A DNA stretch of 64,000 nt from assembly GCA_039028615.1 (NCBI GenBank), contig JBCCHT010000001.1, positions 694,084 to 758,083 on the forward strand, in the 5' to 3' direction. Source of the stretch: Myxococcota bacterium. GTDB lineage: Bacteria; Myxococcota_A; Polyangia; Nannocystales; Nannocystaceae. The first letter of the stretch is position 1. Each line of letters begins with the position of its first letter. The notes below the pieces were generated by a model, which worked only from the letters and a program-made list of their open reading frames with translations, was not told the origin of the DNA and searched no databases. This document shows positions 51,408 through 62,406 of the stretch, piece by piece. A program made the translations under genes and the position numbers.

Positions 51408-52271
51408 GAGCGATTCGTCGGTTCCGGCCGAGGGTAGCACCGATCCCGCGCGTACTGCACGAGCCCGCCCGCCGCGGCGACGGTGGGGTCTACCGTGGTT
51501 CGACATCCTCGGCGGCCTCGCCGTTGCGGCCTTTGCCGCGGTGATGCTGCTGGACTTTCGGGCCCTCGAAGCGCCGCGGGAAGAGGTGTCGCTGCACGTC
51601 GATCCCGAGGCCTTGGCCGAAGGTTTTCGCGAGGGCGTGCAGTGGTATGGCCTGTATCGCGGCGAGCACAAGGTCGGCTTCTCCCGAACGGAGCGGCGGC
51701 GCCAAGCGGGCGGCTACTGGCTGAGCAATCGCATCCGCGTGAGCCCGGACGCTGGCCCCGGACCCACGCTCATCGAGGTGCAGACCGAGCTCGACGAAGG
51801 GTTCGTGCTCGTGCGCTTCGAGGTTCGCGTCGAGGGCGGCCCGGTGCCGATGACCGCCGAGGGCGAGCTTCGCGGTGACTCGCTGCACATCGAAGCCGAG
51901 GGCCTGCCCGGCCTGCCTGCGCTCGATCTGCCGCTGTCGGAGCCCCCCGTCTTCGACTTCGGCCTTGGCCCACTGGTGATGCGAGCCGACCTCGAGCCGG
52001 GCAATCGCTTCTCCTTCACGCAGGTCGACCCGCTGGGCCTGACCCCGCGCAAGGGCACCATCGAGTATCTGGGCCGTGTGCCGATCGACGTGCTCAGCGA
52101 GCAGGTCGAGGCCTTTCACCTGCGCCAGCACATCGAAGGGCTCGACCCCCTACAGCTGTGGGTCAACGAGCTGGGCGAGGTGCTGCAACAAGAGCTTCCC
52201 CTTCAGCTGCTCGCGGTGCGCGAGGCGGAGGCCGAGGCCACCTACGGGATGACTGCCCCCACGGAGGATCG

Positions 52272-52275
<4 letters not shown>
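51406..52275 (+). CDS. Membrane-anchored hypothetical protein, first gene of an ABC operon
   Basis: TM segment, WYGLYRGEHKVGFS, LWVNELGEVL; its stop overlaps the ATPase start. Confidence 0.7.
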
Positions 52276-53041
<766 letters not shown>

Positions 53042-53045
<4 letters not shown>

Positions 53046-54760
53046 TCGTCCTGCACCTTCTGCGGGCCAAGTGGCGCACCGTCGCCAACCTGCGGCGCAG
53101 CGCCCAGATGGGCAACAAGCGCCTGTTCGCGCTGGTGTCCATGGGCCTTTTGGTGTGGCTGGGCATCCTCGGCGCCTCGCATTGGTTTTTGGGGCAGGTG
53201 GTGGCCATCGAGCCCATCGGCGTGGTCATGCTGCGCAAGCTGCTCGAGCTGGTGTTGGTCTTCTTGCTGTCGATCCTCACCGTCTCCAACCTGATCGCGG
53301 CCTTCTCCACGTTCTTCCTCGCCGACGACCTGCTGGCTCTGGTCGCCCGCCCCGTGCCCTCCAACTCGCTGTTCCTGGCCCGCTGGACCGAGAACGGGCT
53401 CTACGCCTCGTGGATGACGGTGGGCTTCTCGGCGCCCTTTTTCATCGCGGCCGGCATGGTGATGGACGCGTCGTGGTCCTATCACCTCACCTGGATGGTC
53501 GCGCTACCGCTGCTGGCCACCATCCCGACCTCGCTGGCGGTCATCCTCGCCATGATCTTGGGGCGCGTGCTGTCGGCCCAGCGCACCCGCCAGCTGCTGC
53601 TGGTCATGGCGACGGTCGTGTTCACCATCCTGTTCGTGCTGTTCCGACAGCTCGAGCCGGAGCGCTTCGTCGACCCCGATCAGCGCGCGCCGCTGCTCGA
53701 AGTGTTGGGTCAGGTCCAGAGCAGCCCCACCCCGTGGCTGCCCAGCGCGTGGGTGGCCGAGGCGTTGTGGGGCCGGCTGTCGCCGATGGGCGAGGTGCTG
53801 GGGCACCCCCTGTTGCGGCTGGCGCTCGGAGCCTTGGCGCTGATCTTCGTCGCGGGCTGGGTGTTCCGGGGAACCTTCCGCGTGGCGTTTTCCCGGGCTC
53901 AAGAAGGCCGCGGTCAGCTCGAGGGTCGTCGTGACGACCGCAAGCGCTCGCGGCGAAGCCTGTCCGCGCTCGCCGAAGCGCTGGCCGCCCGCGGGGGCCA
54001 CGACGAGCCCGCCCGCGCTCTCGCCCGCAAGGATCGACGCGTGTTCCTCCGCGACACCACGCAGTGGACCCAGATGCTGCTGCTGGTCGCCCTGGTCGCG
54101 ATCTATGTCGTCAACTTCAGCTACATCCGCTCCGCGGGCGACAGCGGCATCATCTCCGCCACCGGCCTGCACTTCATCAACCTCTCGCTCGGTGGCTTTG
54201 TGGCGGTGGCGGTCTGCGTCCGCTTTGCCTTTCCCGCGATCTCCCTCGAGGGTCGAGCCTTCTGGATCGTCCTGCGTGCACCCCTGCCCATGCTCGAGGT
54301 CCTGAGCAGCAAGTGGCGCTCGCTCGCCACTCCGCTGGCGGTGCTCGCCGCCGTGCTCGTGTCGGTCACCAGCCTCTGGCTCGGCTCGGGCTTGCTGCTC
54401 ACTGGCATCGCCGTGCTCACCGTGGTCCCCCTGACCATCGGCCTCACCGGGCTCGCGCTCGGCCTGGGTGCTCGCTTTCCTCGATTTCACATCGACAACG
54501 CGGCCAAGATCGCCACCGGGCTGGGCGGCGTGCTGTACATGTTCAGCGGCCTGCTGCTGCTGGTGGTCGTGGTGCTGCTGGCCGTGCCTCCCACCCTGGG
54601 CATCGCGCAGTGGATCGAGCACGACTACGTGCCGCGCACGCTGTTCATGGGCCTGGGCGTGGTGGCAGGGTTGATCTCGCTGCTGCTGCCCCTGCTGGTG
54701 GGGCGAGCGGTCGTTCGCTGGGGCGCACGGCACCTCGAACGCCACGGTTTGCACGCGTGA
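53042..54760 (+). CDS. ABC-2-type transporter permease (two-module)
   Basis: Many TM helices; GTG overlaps the ATPase stop; ARKDRRVFLRD, FPAISLEGRAFW. Confidence 0.85.
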
Positions 54761-54822
54761 GTCCACGCAAACACCCCCACGATTGAGTCGTAACCGGGCG
54801 GCCTGTGCGGCATACCGTCGCC

Positions 54823-55476
54823 ATGCGACGCTCGACGGCCGCCCTCTTGACCCTTGGACTCATGGTTTGCGCCTGCGGGGACGACAGCTCCACCGATCCC
54901 GACACCGGGGCGGTCGGCTCGACCTCTAGCGACGATGGCAACGGCACCACCGACGCCGCCACTCCGGCCACCACCGATGCCGAGCCCGGCACCACCACCA
55001 CGGACGACCCGGCGACTGACGATGGCGACGACTCCGGCGACGAGACGGCGAGCGACACCACAGACGTCGACCAAGGCCCTCCGCCCCCCACGAACGAGGC
55101 CGAGCTCATCCCTTGGCTCGAGGCGGGGCACTACCTCGAGTGGGCCGGCGAGTCGGGCATCCACGACTCCAGCGGCCCCCACTTCGGCGGCGTGCGGACC
55201 TACGTCAACAACATCCTGCTCGAGTCCCTGCAGAGCGGCGCCGCCGAGCACCCCATGGGCTCGGTCGCGGTCAAGGAACTGTACGGCTCGGGCGACACCA
55301 TCGGCGGCTACTCGGTGACGTTCAAGGTCCAAGCCGCCAGCGAGGGCGGCAACGGCTGGTACTGGTACGAGGGCTTCGAGGGCAGCACCTACGCCGACGG
55401 CACGGGCAAGGGCCTGTGCACCGGGTGTCACATCGAGGGCGACGACTTCTTCCGTTCGCCCTTCCCGCTGCAGTGA
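54823..55476 (+). CDS. Lipoprotein with C-terminal c-type heme motif (cytochrome P460-like)
   Basis: VCAC lipobox, Thr/Asp linker, HFGGVRTYVN, PMGSVAVKELY, GWYWYE, CTGCH. Confidence 0.75.
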   Translation: MRRSTAALLTLGLMVCACGDDSSTDPDTGAVGSTSSDDGNGTTDAATPATTDAEPGTTTTDDPATDDGDDSGDETASDTTDVDQGPPPPTNEAELIPWLEAGHYLEWAGESGIHDSSGPHFGGVRTYVNNILLESLQSGAAEHPMGSVAVKELYGSGDTIGGYSVTFKVQAASEGGNGWYWYEGFEGSTYADGTGKGLCTGCHIEGDDFFRSPFPLQ

Positions 55477-55521
55477 GCCGAGCGCCAGCTGAGAGCCGGG
55501 GGCGGGTATCATCGACATCGC

Positions 55522-55746
55522 GTGAGCCGATCTCGCTGGCCCCCGTTCGTCGGCTTCCAGGAGGAACTCGACGAGGATGCGCGGCTCGGCGGCGAGCGAT
55601 GGCAGGCCTACGCGCAGCGAAGCGCCGACCTGTCGCCCGACGAACACGCCTACGCCGCGAAGCGGGCCGAGCGACAGCCGCCGCTGGCCCTGCTCGAAGA
55701 CCCACTCGGCCACACGACGTTGCCCGTCCTGCCGACCGAGCGTTGA
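55522..55746 (+). CDS. Possible small hypothetical protein
   Basis: 74-aa ORF filling the gap between two genes, host-like codon usage; no recognised motif. Confidence 0.4.
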   Translation: MSRSRWPPFVGFQEELDEDARLGGERWQAYAQRSADLSPDEHAYAAKRAERQPPLALLEDPLGHTTLPVLPTER

Positions 55747-55750
55747 GTGG

Positions 55751-56455
55751 TCAGCGTTTCGCCCCCAGGAGCTGATAGAACCAGCCGAACTCGTTGCCCT
55801 TCTCGGGCAGGAACTCGCCTTCACCGCGCGCTTCCCAGCCCGCGCCTTCGTTCAGATAGAGCTCGCCGTCGGCGGACAGACCGATGGAGAGCGTGCTGTC
55901 GTTGAGCGACTCGACGTCGAGATAGTTGCTGCAGCCCTTGTCGAGATCGACCTCCACATTGATGCGCTGCAGGTCGAACGCGAAGTCGCACTCCGTGCAG
56001 GTGTCGTTGGGCGGGCTGTCCGGGGCGTACTCCCAGAAGATGAAGCACTGCTCTACGCCGCCCTCGATCGCGACGAACTCGCCTTCGATACCGTTGAAGC
56101 TGACCCCGGGCATGGCGGTACCGAAGCCGAAGAACCCGACCTCATCCTCCTTCACGCCGCCCTCGCTGTCCTCGCCGTCGTCCTCCCCGGGCTCGTCCGT
56201 GTCGACGCCGGGATCGGTAGTGGTCGCGGGGGCGCCTCCCGAGGAGTCGGCTCCGCCTCCGTTGCCATTACCGCCGCCCGCAGACGTGGTCTCGAACCAA
56301 CTATCGGATACGCCGCCGGAGCCCGAGGTCACCGCCGCGGTCGTGCCTCCGGTCGAGGCTGCGTCCGAGGGATTCCCGACCCCATCGACCGAACCGCAGC
56401 CCATCGCGGTGCTCAGTCCCATCGCCATCGTCAGTCCAATTGCTCGCTTGCTCAT
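55751..56455 (-). CDS. Lipoprotein of unknown function
   Basis: AMGC lipobox, low-complexity linker, CTECDFAF. Confidence 0.75.
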   Translation of the reverse strand: MSKRAIGLTMAMGLSTAMGCGSVDGVGNPSDAASTGGTTAAVTSGSGGVSDSWFETTSAGGGNGNGGGADSSGGAPATTTDPGVDTDEPGEDDGEDSEGGVKEDEVGFFGFGTAMPGVSFNGIEGEFVAIEGGVEQCFIFWEYAPDSPPNDTCTECDFAFDLQRINVEVDLDKGCSNYLDVESLNDSTLSIGLSADGELYLNEGAGWEARGEGEFLPEKGNEFGWFYQLLGAKR

Positions 56456-56619
56456 TCGATTGCCACGCTCCGAAAGGAAACTTCGCCGCGACTGCGGCCG
56501 CTGCTGCACCTCTCATTCCCGAAGCCCGGTCGGCGTTACAAAAAAACCATGTAACGCCTGGGCGCCCGCGGGAATGAGGGTGCATCGGGCCGACCGTGGT
56601 CGGTCCCAGGAGGATTCTC

Positions 56620-58314
56620 GTGCCCACGCCGACCCCGCAGCAGCGCTCTTCCGCTCGGCCTCACCGAGGCTTCGTTTGGCCTATCCCCTTGATTTCATTG
56701 GCTCTCGTGGCCAGTACTGGGGGCTGTAAATCGGACACCGTCGACCCCGACGGCAATGTCGTCGACGACCCGCCCGCCGCGGAGATCGTCGATCCGGCGC
56801 CGGCCACCATCAAGAAGCTGCGGACCTTCGAGTATCGCAACACCATCGCCGGCTTGCTCGGTGACTCGATCACGGTGACCACCGATTTTCGGCCGGACTT
56901 GGTGCGCGCGAACTTCTCCTCGCTCAGTGCTGCGGTCGATTGCTACGACGACATCGACGTCGAGGCCTTCGAGCAAGCGGCCCTCGAGATCGCCGAGCAG
57001 GCCTTCGCCGCGAGCCCCACTCCGCTGCAAGCCGCCGGCTGCGAGCCGAGCCAGGCCACCGACAGCTGCGTGGCGGACTTCATCCGCGACTTCGGGCGCT
57101 CCGCCTGGCGCCGCCCGCTGACCGAGGACGAGATCGGCAAGTACGTCGGGGTCGCGGGCACCATGACCGGCATCTTCGACGGCGACGTCACCAAGGGCGT
57201 CGAGCTGACCATGGCGACGATGCTGCAGTCGCCCTACTTCTTGTACCGGGTCGAGCTGGGCGACGAGCTCGCCGACGACCCCAACACCCGCAAGTACAGC
57301 CCCTACGAGATGGCCACCCGCCTGGCGTACACGCTGTGGGAATCGGGGCCGGACCAGTTCCTGCTCGACGCGGCCGAAAACGGCGAGCTGACCACGGAAG
57401 AGTCGGTGCGCGAGTACGCCACGATGATGCTCGAGGACCCACGGGCCAACAAACCCCTCCAGCGGTTCTGGCGGGAGCACCTCAACATCGAGCGCCTGAC
57501 CCTGGCCAACTATCCCAAGCTGGGCGCCACCGACGAGCTATACGCCGACATGCGGCTCGAGGGCGCATACATGGCCGCGATGGTCTCCTCCCCGGGGGCC
57601 GACGCGATGAGCTTCCTGACCACCGACCGCGCCTGGCTCAGCCCCTCGCTCGCCGAGCACTACGGCATCGGCGCCTCGGGTGGACAAGCCCAGGAGACCC
57701 GCCTGCCCGACTCGCGGCGCGGCTACCTGACCTCGGGTGTGTTCCTCACCACCAACTCGCACCCGGGCAAGACCTCACCCACCCGTCGCGGCAAGTTCGT
57801 GGTCGAGCGCCTGATGTGCACCAAGCTCCCGCCGCCGCCGGCCGACGTCGACTTGAGCCTGCCCGAGGTGGAGCCCGGCGAGGCCACCCGGCGCGAGCTG
57901 ATGGAGATGCACAGCTCCGACCCTTCGTGCTCGGGCTGTCACATCGTGCTCGACCCCCCCGGCTTCGCGTTCGAGGGCTTCAACGACCTCGGTATGGCGC
58001 AGGAGCTCGACAACGGCCTGCCCGTGGATCCCAGCGGCACCTTCGACGGCAAGGACTTCGACACCGCCGCCGAGTTCATCGACCTGCTCCGCGAAAACGC
58101 CAAGGTCCCGCGCTGCGTGGTGCGGCAGGCCTTCCGCAACACCCAAGGGCAGCTCGAGTCCAACACCCAAGAGCCCTATATCGACACGCTGACCGAGAGC
58201 TTCATCGCCAACGGGCATGACTTCCGGGCCCTGGTGATCGACATCGTCAGCAGCGAGGCCTTCCGCTTCGCTCGCGGCGACAGCCCCACCGCCCCCGTGG
58301 ACGACGAAGAATAA
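56620..58314 (+). CDS. DUF1592/DUF1588/DUF1595/DUF1585 (PSD-domain) protein with CxxCH
   Basis: EYRNTI, AWRRPLT, LQSPYFLYRVE, YEMATRLAY, TSPTRRG, CSGCH, DPPGFAFE; AGGAGG RBS before GTG 56620. Confidence 0.88.
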   Translation: MPTPTPQQRSSARPHRGFVWPIPLISLALVASTGGCKSDTVDPDGNVVDDPPAAEIVDPAPATIKKLRTFEYRNTIAGLLGDSITVTTDFRPDLVRANFSSLSAAVDCYDDIDVEAFEQAALEIAEQAFAASPTPLQAAGCEPSQATDSCVADFIRDFGRSAWRRPLTEDEIGKYVGVAGTMTGIFDGDVTKGVELTMATMLQSPYFLYRVELGDELADDPNTRKYSPYEMATRLAYTLWESGPDQFLLDAAENGELTTEESVREYATMMLEDPRANKPLQRFWREHLNIERLTLANYPKLGATDELYADMRLEGAYMAAMVSSPGADAMSFLTTDRAWLSPSLAEHYGIGASGGQAQETRLPDSRRGYLTSGVFLTTNSHPGKTSPTRRGKFVVERLMCTKLPPPPADVDLSLPEVEPGEATRRELMEMHSSDPSCSGCHIVLDPPGFAFEGFNDLGMAQELDNGLPVDPSGTFDGKDFDTAAEFIDLLRENAKVPRCVVRQAFRNTQGQLESNTQEPYIDTLTESFIANGHDFRALVIDIVSSEAFRFARGDSPTAPVDDEE

Positions 58315-58344
58315 CCGCACCCGCAACACCTGGAGGACAACGTC

Positions 58345-59856
58345 ATGAAAAAGATTCTCAATCGTCGAACCTTCCTGCGGGGCGCCACCACCTTCGGCAC
58401 GGTGGCCGTGGGTCTGCCCATGCTCAACGCCATGGTCGATGGCAACGGCACCGCGCTCGCCTCGGGCGAAGCCATGCCGTGTCGCGTCGGCATCTGGTTT
58501 TGGGGCAACGGAGTCCGTACCGAGCACTTCTTCCCCGAGGGCACCGTCGGCCAGCGGGGCGGGCTCGAGGGCGGGATGGCAGCGGGCACCCCGGGCACGC
58601 TCAAGGCCTGGGACCCGGCGGTCCAGCAGCACACCAAACCCCTCGCCGACGCCGGCCTCAGCTCGATGGTCTCGTTGGTCAGCGGCACCACCGTCGCCGC
58701 CTTCCCCGAGCAGGCGCACCACGACGGCAAGAACGCGGTGCTGACCGGCTCCTACGAGTGGTTCCAGGGGGATGGCGATCAGGGCTACGCCGGGCCCATC
58801 ACGCCGTCCTTCGACCAGGTCGCGGCCAACCACTTCGAGGGCCAGACGCCCTTCAAGTCGCTGGTGCTCGGCGTGCAGGAAGGCGCGGCCAACAACGAGC
58901 CCGGGAACTCGGGGCACTACACCTCCTCGATCGGTCGCAACAGCTACCTGACGCCCGAGTTCTCGCCGCTGGCCGCCTACATGCGGCTGTTCATGAGCAC
59001 GCCCGACGGCAACGGGCCCGACTCGGAGGCGGTGGCCAAGATGATCATGGCGCGGCGCAGCGCCCTCGATGCCGTCCTCGGCGACCTGCAGTCGCTCGCA
59101 GGCCGGCTCGGCTCCCACGACAAGGTCTGCCTCGAGCAGCACCTCACCGCGGTGCGTCAGCTCGAGATGCGCCTGGCCGACGGGGGCATCGCCTCCTGCG
59201 AGCTGCCCCCCAACCCGCCGCAGGACTGGCCCACCATCGACGGTGTGCAGCGGCTTCGCGACCGTAGCCGCTCGATGAGCGAGGTCCTCGCCCTCGCCCT
59301 GTCCTGCGACATGACCCGGGCCTTCAGCTACCAGTTCACCGTGTTCCAGACCGGGCACGACTTCCAGCAGGAGCCCGATCTCATGCAGGCGATCACCGAC
59401 GCCTACCCCGGCGGCGCGCCCCTGCAGGAGTCCTTCCACGAGGCGGCCCACTTCGCCGAGTACCAAGAGGCGGTCCGCATCGTCACCAACTTCACCTTCG
59501 AGGAGATGGCCTACACGCTGCGGCTGCTGGCCGAGATCCCCGAGGGCGACGGTACCGTGCTGTCCAACTGCGCCATCGTGGGCACCACCGAGCACACCGA
59601 GCCCATGAGTCACCTGACCGAGGACATGCCGATCATCATCGCCGGCACCGCAGGCGGGCGGCTCAAGGGCGGCGTCTGGTACCACGGCACGGGCGACGAG
59701 AAGATCTCGAAGGCGGGATGCACCGTGCTGCGAGCGTCGGGCGTTCCCGTCGAGCGCTTCGGCACCCGCTTCGACAACGCCGACGAAGAAGGTGGCAAGG
59801 GCACCATCTTCAGCGATCCGAGCACCACCGAGACCTTCACGCAGCTCGAGAACTAG
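58345..59856 (+). CDS. DUF1552 domain protein with Tat-like signal
   Basis: LNRRTFLRG...GLPMLNAM, SFDQ, SALDAV, ALSCDMTR, EGDGTVL. Confidence 0.88.
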   Translation: MKKILNRRTFLRGATTFGTVAVGLPMLNAMVDGNGTALASGEAMPCRVGIWFWGNGVRTEHFFPEGTVGQRGGLEGGMAAGTPGTLKAWDPAVQQHTKPLADAGLSSMVSLVSGTTVAAFPEQAHHDGKNAVLTGSYEWFQGDGDQGYAGPITPSFDQVAANHFEGQTPFKSLVLGVQEGAANNEPGNSGHYTSSIGRNSYLTPEFSPLAAYMRLFMSTPDGNGPDSEAVAKMIMARRSALDAVLGDLQSLAGRLGSHDKVCLEQHLTAVRQLEMRLADGGIASCELPPNPPQDWPTIDGVQRLRDRSRSMSEVLALALSCDMTRAFSYQFTVFQTGHDFQQEPDLMQAITDAYPGGAPLQESFHEAAHFAEYQEAVRIVTNFTFEEMAYTLRLLAEIPEGDGTVLSNCAIVGTTEHTEPMSHLTEDMPIIIAGTAGGRLKGGVWYHGTGDEKISKAGCTVLRASGVPVERFGTRFDNADEEGGKGTIFSDPSTTETFTQLEN

Positions 59857-59900
59857 CGAACCGAACCGCAGTTCGCCCGTGGTAGCGTCGAGCCCCGAAG

Positions 59901-60248
59901 ATGGGTCTCGGCGCTTTCACGTTGGTGCTCGCGAGCGGACGGGCCTTGGCCGACGGCATCGCCATGATGCTGCTGGTGGCGGGGCTCGGGTCCATCGTCG
60001 CGCTGATCAGCGTGGGCTGGACCCTGCGCTTGTTGCTGCGCAAGGCGGAGCACCGCGCCTCGACGGATGCGCGGCGGCTGAAGATCCTGGGTCGGGTCCA
60101 TGGCGGCTCGGCCCTCGCGTGCATCGTGGCGTGGGCAGCCCTGGGCGGGGAGACCTCGGGTGATGTCACCACGCTGCTCCCGGCGGCGGCCGTCTTCGGG
60201 GTGCTCGGTGCGGTGGCGCTTCGTCGAGCCGCCACTGCTGGCGACTGA
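59901..60248 (+). CDS. Small membrane protein
   Basis: Three to four hydrophobic segments. Confidence 0.55.
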   Translation: MGLGAFTLVLASGRALADGIAMMLLVAGLGSIVALISVGWTLRLLLRKAEHRASTDARRLKILGRVHGGSALACIVAWAALGGETSGDVTTLLPAAAVFGVLGAVALRRAATAGD

Positions 60249-60495
60249 AAAAGATCGAGAAAAATCGAGAACCTGGAGTGGTGGTTCGAAAACTGATCCC
60301 GATCGGCGGCCCCCGATGGTGCGATCGCTGTAGCGCGTTTGGCGAGCGCTGCATCGGATTCCCAATTGGCCCGCTGAGCACGGAAAACGGCCAGTGAATG
60401 ACAAAGTAGGCGTTGCGTCCACATCCGCGAAGGCACGACCACGGCCGCTTCCACCCACAGGGAAGCGACCGCGGGCGGGCCGAAAAGGATGAATC

Positions 60496-62346
60496 GTGAT
60501 GCCACGCTCGACCCCCACTTCCTCCTCCCTCGTGTCCCTGTCCACCCTTGCCGCGCTCGCCCTCGGTCTGTCGGCCTGTGTGATTCCCGAGTTCCCCGAC
60601 CTCGACGACGATGATGCGGCGGGTACCGGTGAAGCGGATACCGACGATCCCGCCACCACCACCGATGAGCCCGAGGACGACGGCGCCGACGAGACCGCGG
60701 GCGACGACGGCATGGACGACGCCGGGATGATGCCCAGCCTCTGCGACCCCGAACAAGTCGCGGCCCAGGTCTACCAGCACCAGGGCTCCACGGATGGCGA
60801 GCACTGGTCGATGGGGATCCACATCGTCAGCGGCACCTTCACCGTGTACGGACCCCTGTCCGCCGACCCCTGCACCGTCATCCAGATGAACGATGGCGCG
60901 CGGCTGACCGTGGCCGGCGGTGGTTCCTTGCAGTGGCAGGGCGCCCCGGGCGAGCGCATCACCGTGACCTCGGCCAAGACCAGCCCCGCCCCTGGCGACT
61001 GGGACCACGTGCGCATCCAGGCCGATGCGGTCGGCCCGGACAACGTCATCGAGTTCGTGGACTTCGAGTACGGCGGCGGCAGCTACTACGGCGCCCTGCA
61101 CCTGCAAGACGGGGCCTCCCTGGAGATGCACGACAGCTCGGTCCGGTACTCCGCCGGCCTGGGCATGGTGCTCGACGGCGCCGCGGAGCTCCGCGACTTC
61201 ACCGACAACACGCTCACCGACAACGCCACCGGAGCGCTGTCCATCTCCCCCGATCACGCGGGCGACCTGGGTGAAGGGGCCTACGCACCGAACACGGTGG
61301 AGGGCATCTTCCTGCACGGGGGCTCGGTGCGGCACGACCAGACCTGGCTGGCCCACGACGCGCCCTATGTCGCCAACAGCGGCTTCGGCATCGACACCTC
61401 GGCCGGCTCGGCGCACCTCACCGTCGAAGCGGGGGCTCAGTTTCGCATGGGCGACGCCGCGGACATTCGCGTGGGATCCCTCGGGGGCCTGACCCTGGCC
61501 GGCACCGCGGCCGACCCCATCGTGATCGGCTCGATCAAGAGCACGGGCGAGCCCGGCGACTGGGACGAGATTCGCATTCACGACGACTCCGTCGACGACT
61601 TCAACCGGTTCTCCCACGTCATCCTCGAGCACGGCGGCGGCAGCTACTACGGCATGGTGTGGGTCCACAGCGGCGCTTCGCTGACCATGAACGACTGCAC
61701 GCTGCGCGAGGCGGCGGACTTCGGCATGTTGGTCGACGGCGGCGCTGCGCTGCCCGGCTTCGAGCACAACACCTTCACCGCCAACGGGGGGGCGGCCCTG
61801 TCGGTGGGGGCCAATGAGGTCGACTCGCTCGGTACGGGCACCTACGGCCCCAATGCCATCGACGGCATCATCGTCCGAAGCGCCACCGTCGACCACGATG
61901 CGCGCTGGCTCGATCTGGGCGTGCCCCTGCTCGCGTCCACCGGGTTTTCCGTGGGGACCGATCTCGGCTCGGCCATCCTCACCCTCGACCCGGGTACCCG
62001 CCTACACCTCGGCGACGCAGGTGACATTCGGGTGCGCAGCAACGGGGCGCTGACCACCGACGGCACCGCCGAGCAGCGAGTCCAGCTCAGCTCCTCGAAG
62101 GCGAGCCCGGCCGCGGGAGACTGGGACGAGCTGCGCTTCGAGGACGGCTCCCTCGCCGCTCACAACCAGCTGCGCTACACCGACATCAGCTACGGCGGTG
62201 GCAGCTACTACGGCATGCTCTGGGTGCACGACGGCACCAGCGTGAGCCTCGACAACGTGACCTTCGATGCGCCGGGCGGGGGCTGTGATCTGTTGCGCGA
62301 CGGCACGGTCGACGCGGTCGCGACGAGCTTCGTCGAGTGCTCCTGA
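60496..62346 (+). CDS. Right-handed beta-helix repeat lipoprotein
   Basis: LSAC lipobox; three internal modules, each with GDWD and GGGSYYG. Confidence 0.8.
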   Translation: MMPRSTPTSSSLVSLSTLAALALGLSACVIPEFPDLDDDDAAGTGEADTDDPATTTDEPEDDGADETAGDDGMDDAGMMPSLCDPEQVAAQVYQHQGSTDGEHWSMGIHIVSGTFTVYGPLSADPCTVIQMNDGARLTVAGGGSLQWQGAPGERITVTSAKTSPAPGDWDHVRIQADAVGPDNVIEFVDFEYGGGSYYGALHLQDGASLEMHDSSVRYSAGLGMVLDGAAELRDFTDNTLTDNATGALSISPDHAGDLGEGAYAPNTVEGIFLHGGSVRHDQTWLAHDAPYVANSGFGIDTSAGSAHLTVEAGAQFRMGDAADIRVGSLGGLTLAGTAADPIVIGSIKSTGEPGDWDEIRIHDDSVDDFNRFSHVILEHGGGSYYGMVWVHSGASLTMNDCTLREAADFGMLVDGGAALPGFEHNTFTANGGAALSVGANEVDSLGTGTYGPNAIDGIIVRSATVDHDARWLDLGVPLLASTGFSVGTDLGSAILTLDPGTRLHLGDAGDIRVRSNGALTTDGTAEQRVQLSSSKASPAAGDWDELRFEDGSLAAHNQLRYTDISYGGGSYYGMLWVHDGTSVSLDNVTFDAPGGGCDLLRDGTVDAVATSFVECS

Positions 62347-62369
62347 CCGCTCGGGTTCGTTTTGGGGTC

Positions 62370-62402
62370 CGCCGGGTGGCTTTGCGCCGCCCGGCGTTTT
62401 TT
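62370..62402 (+). terminator. Intrinsic terminator
   Basis: cgccgggtggc-tttgc-gccgcccggcg followed by tttttt, between convergent genes. Confidence 0.75.
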
Positions 62403-62406
62403 CGTC

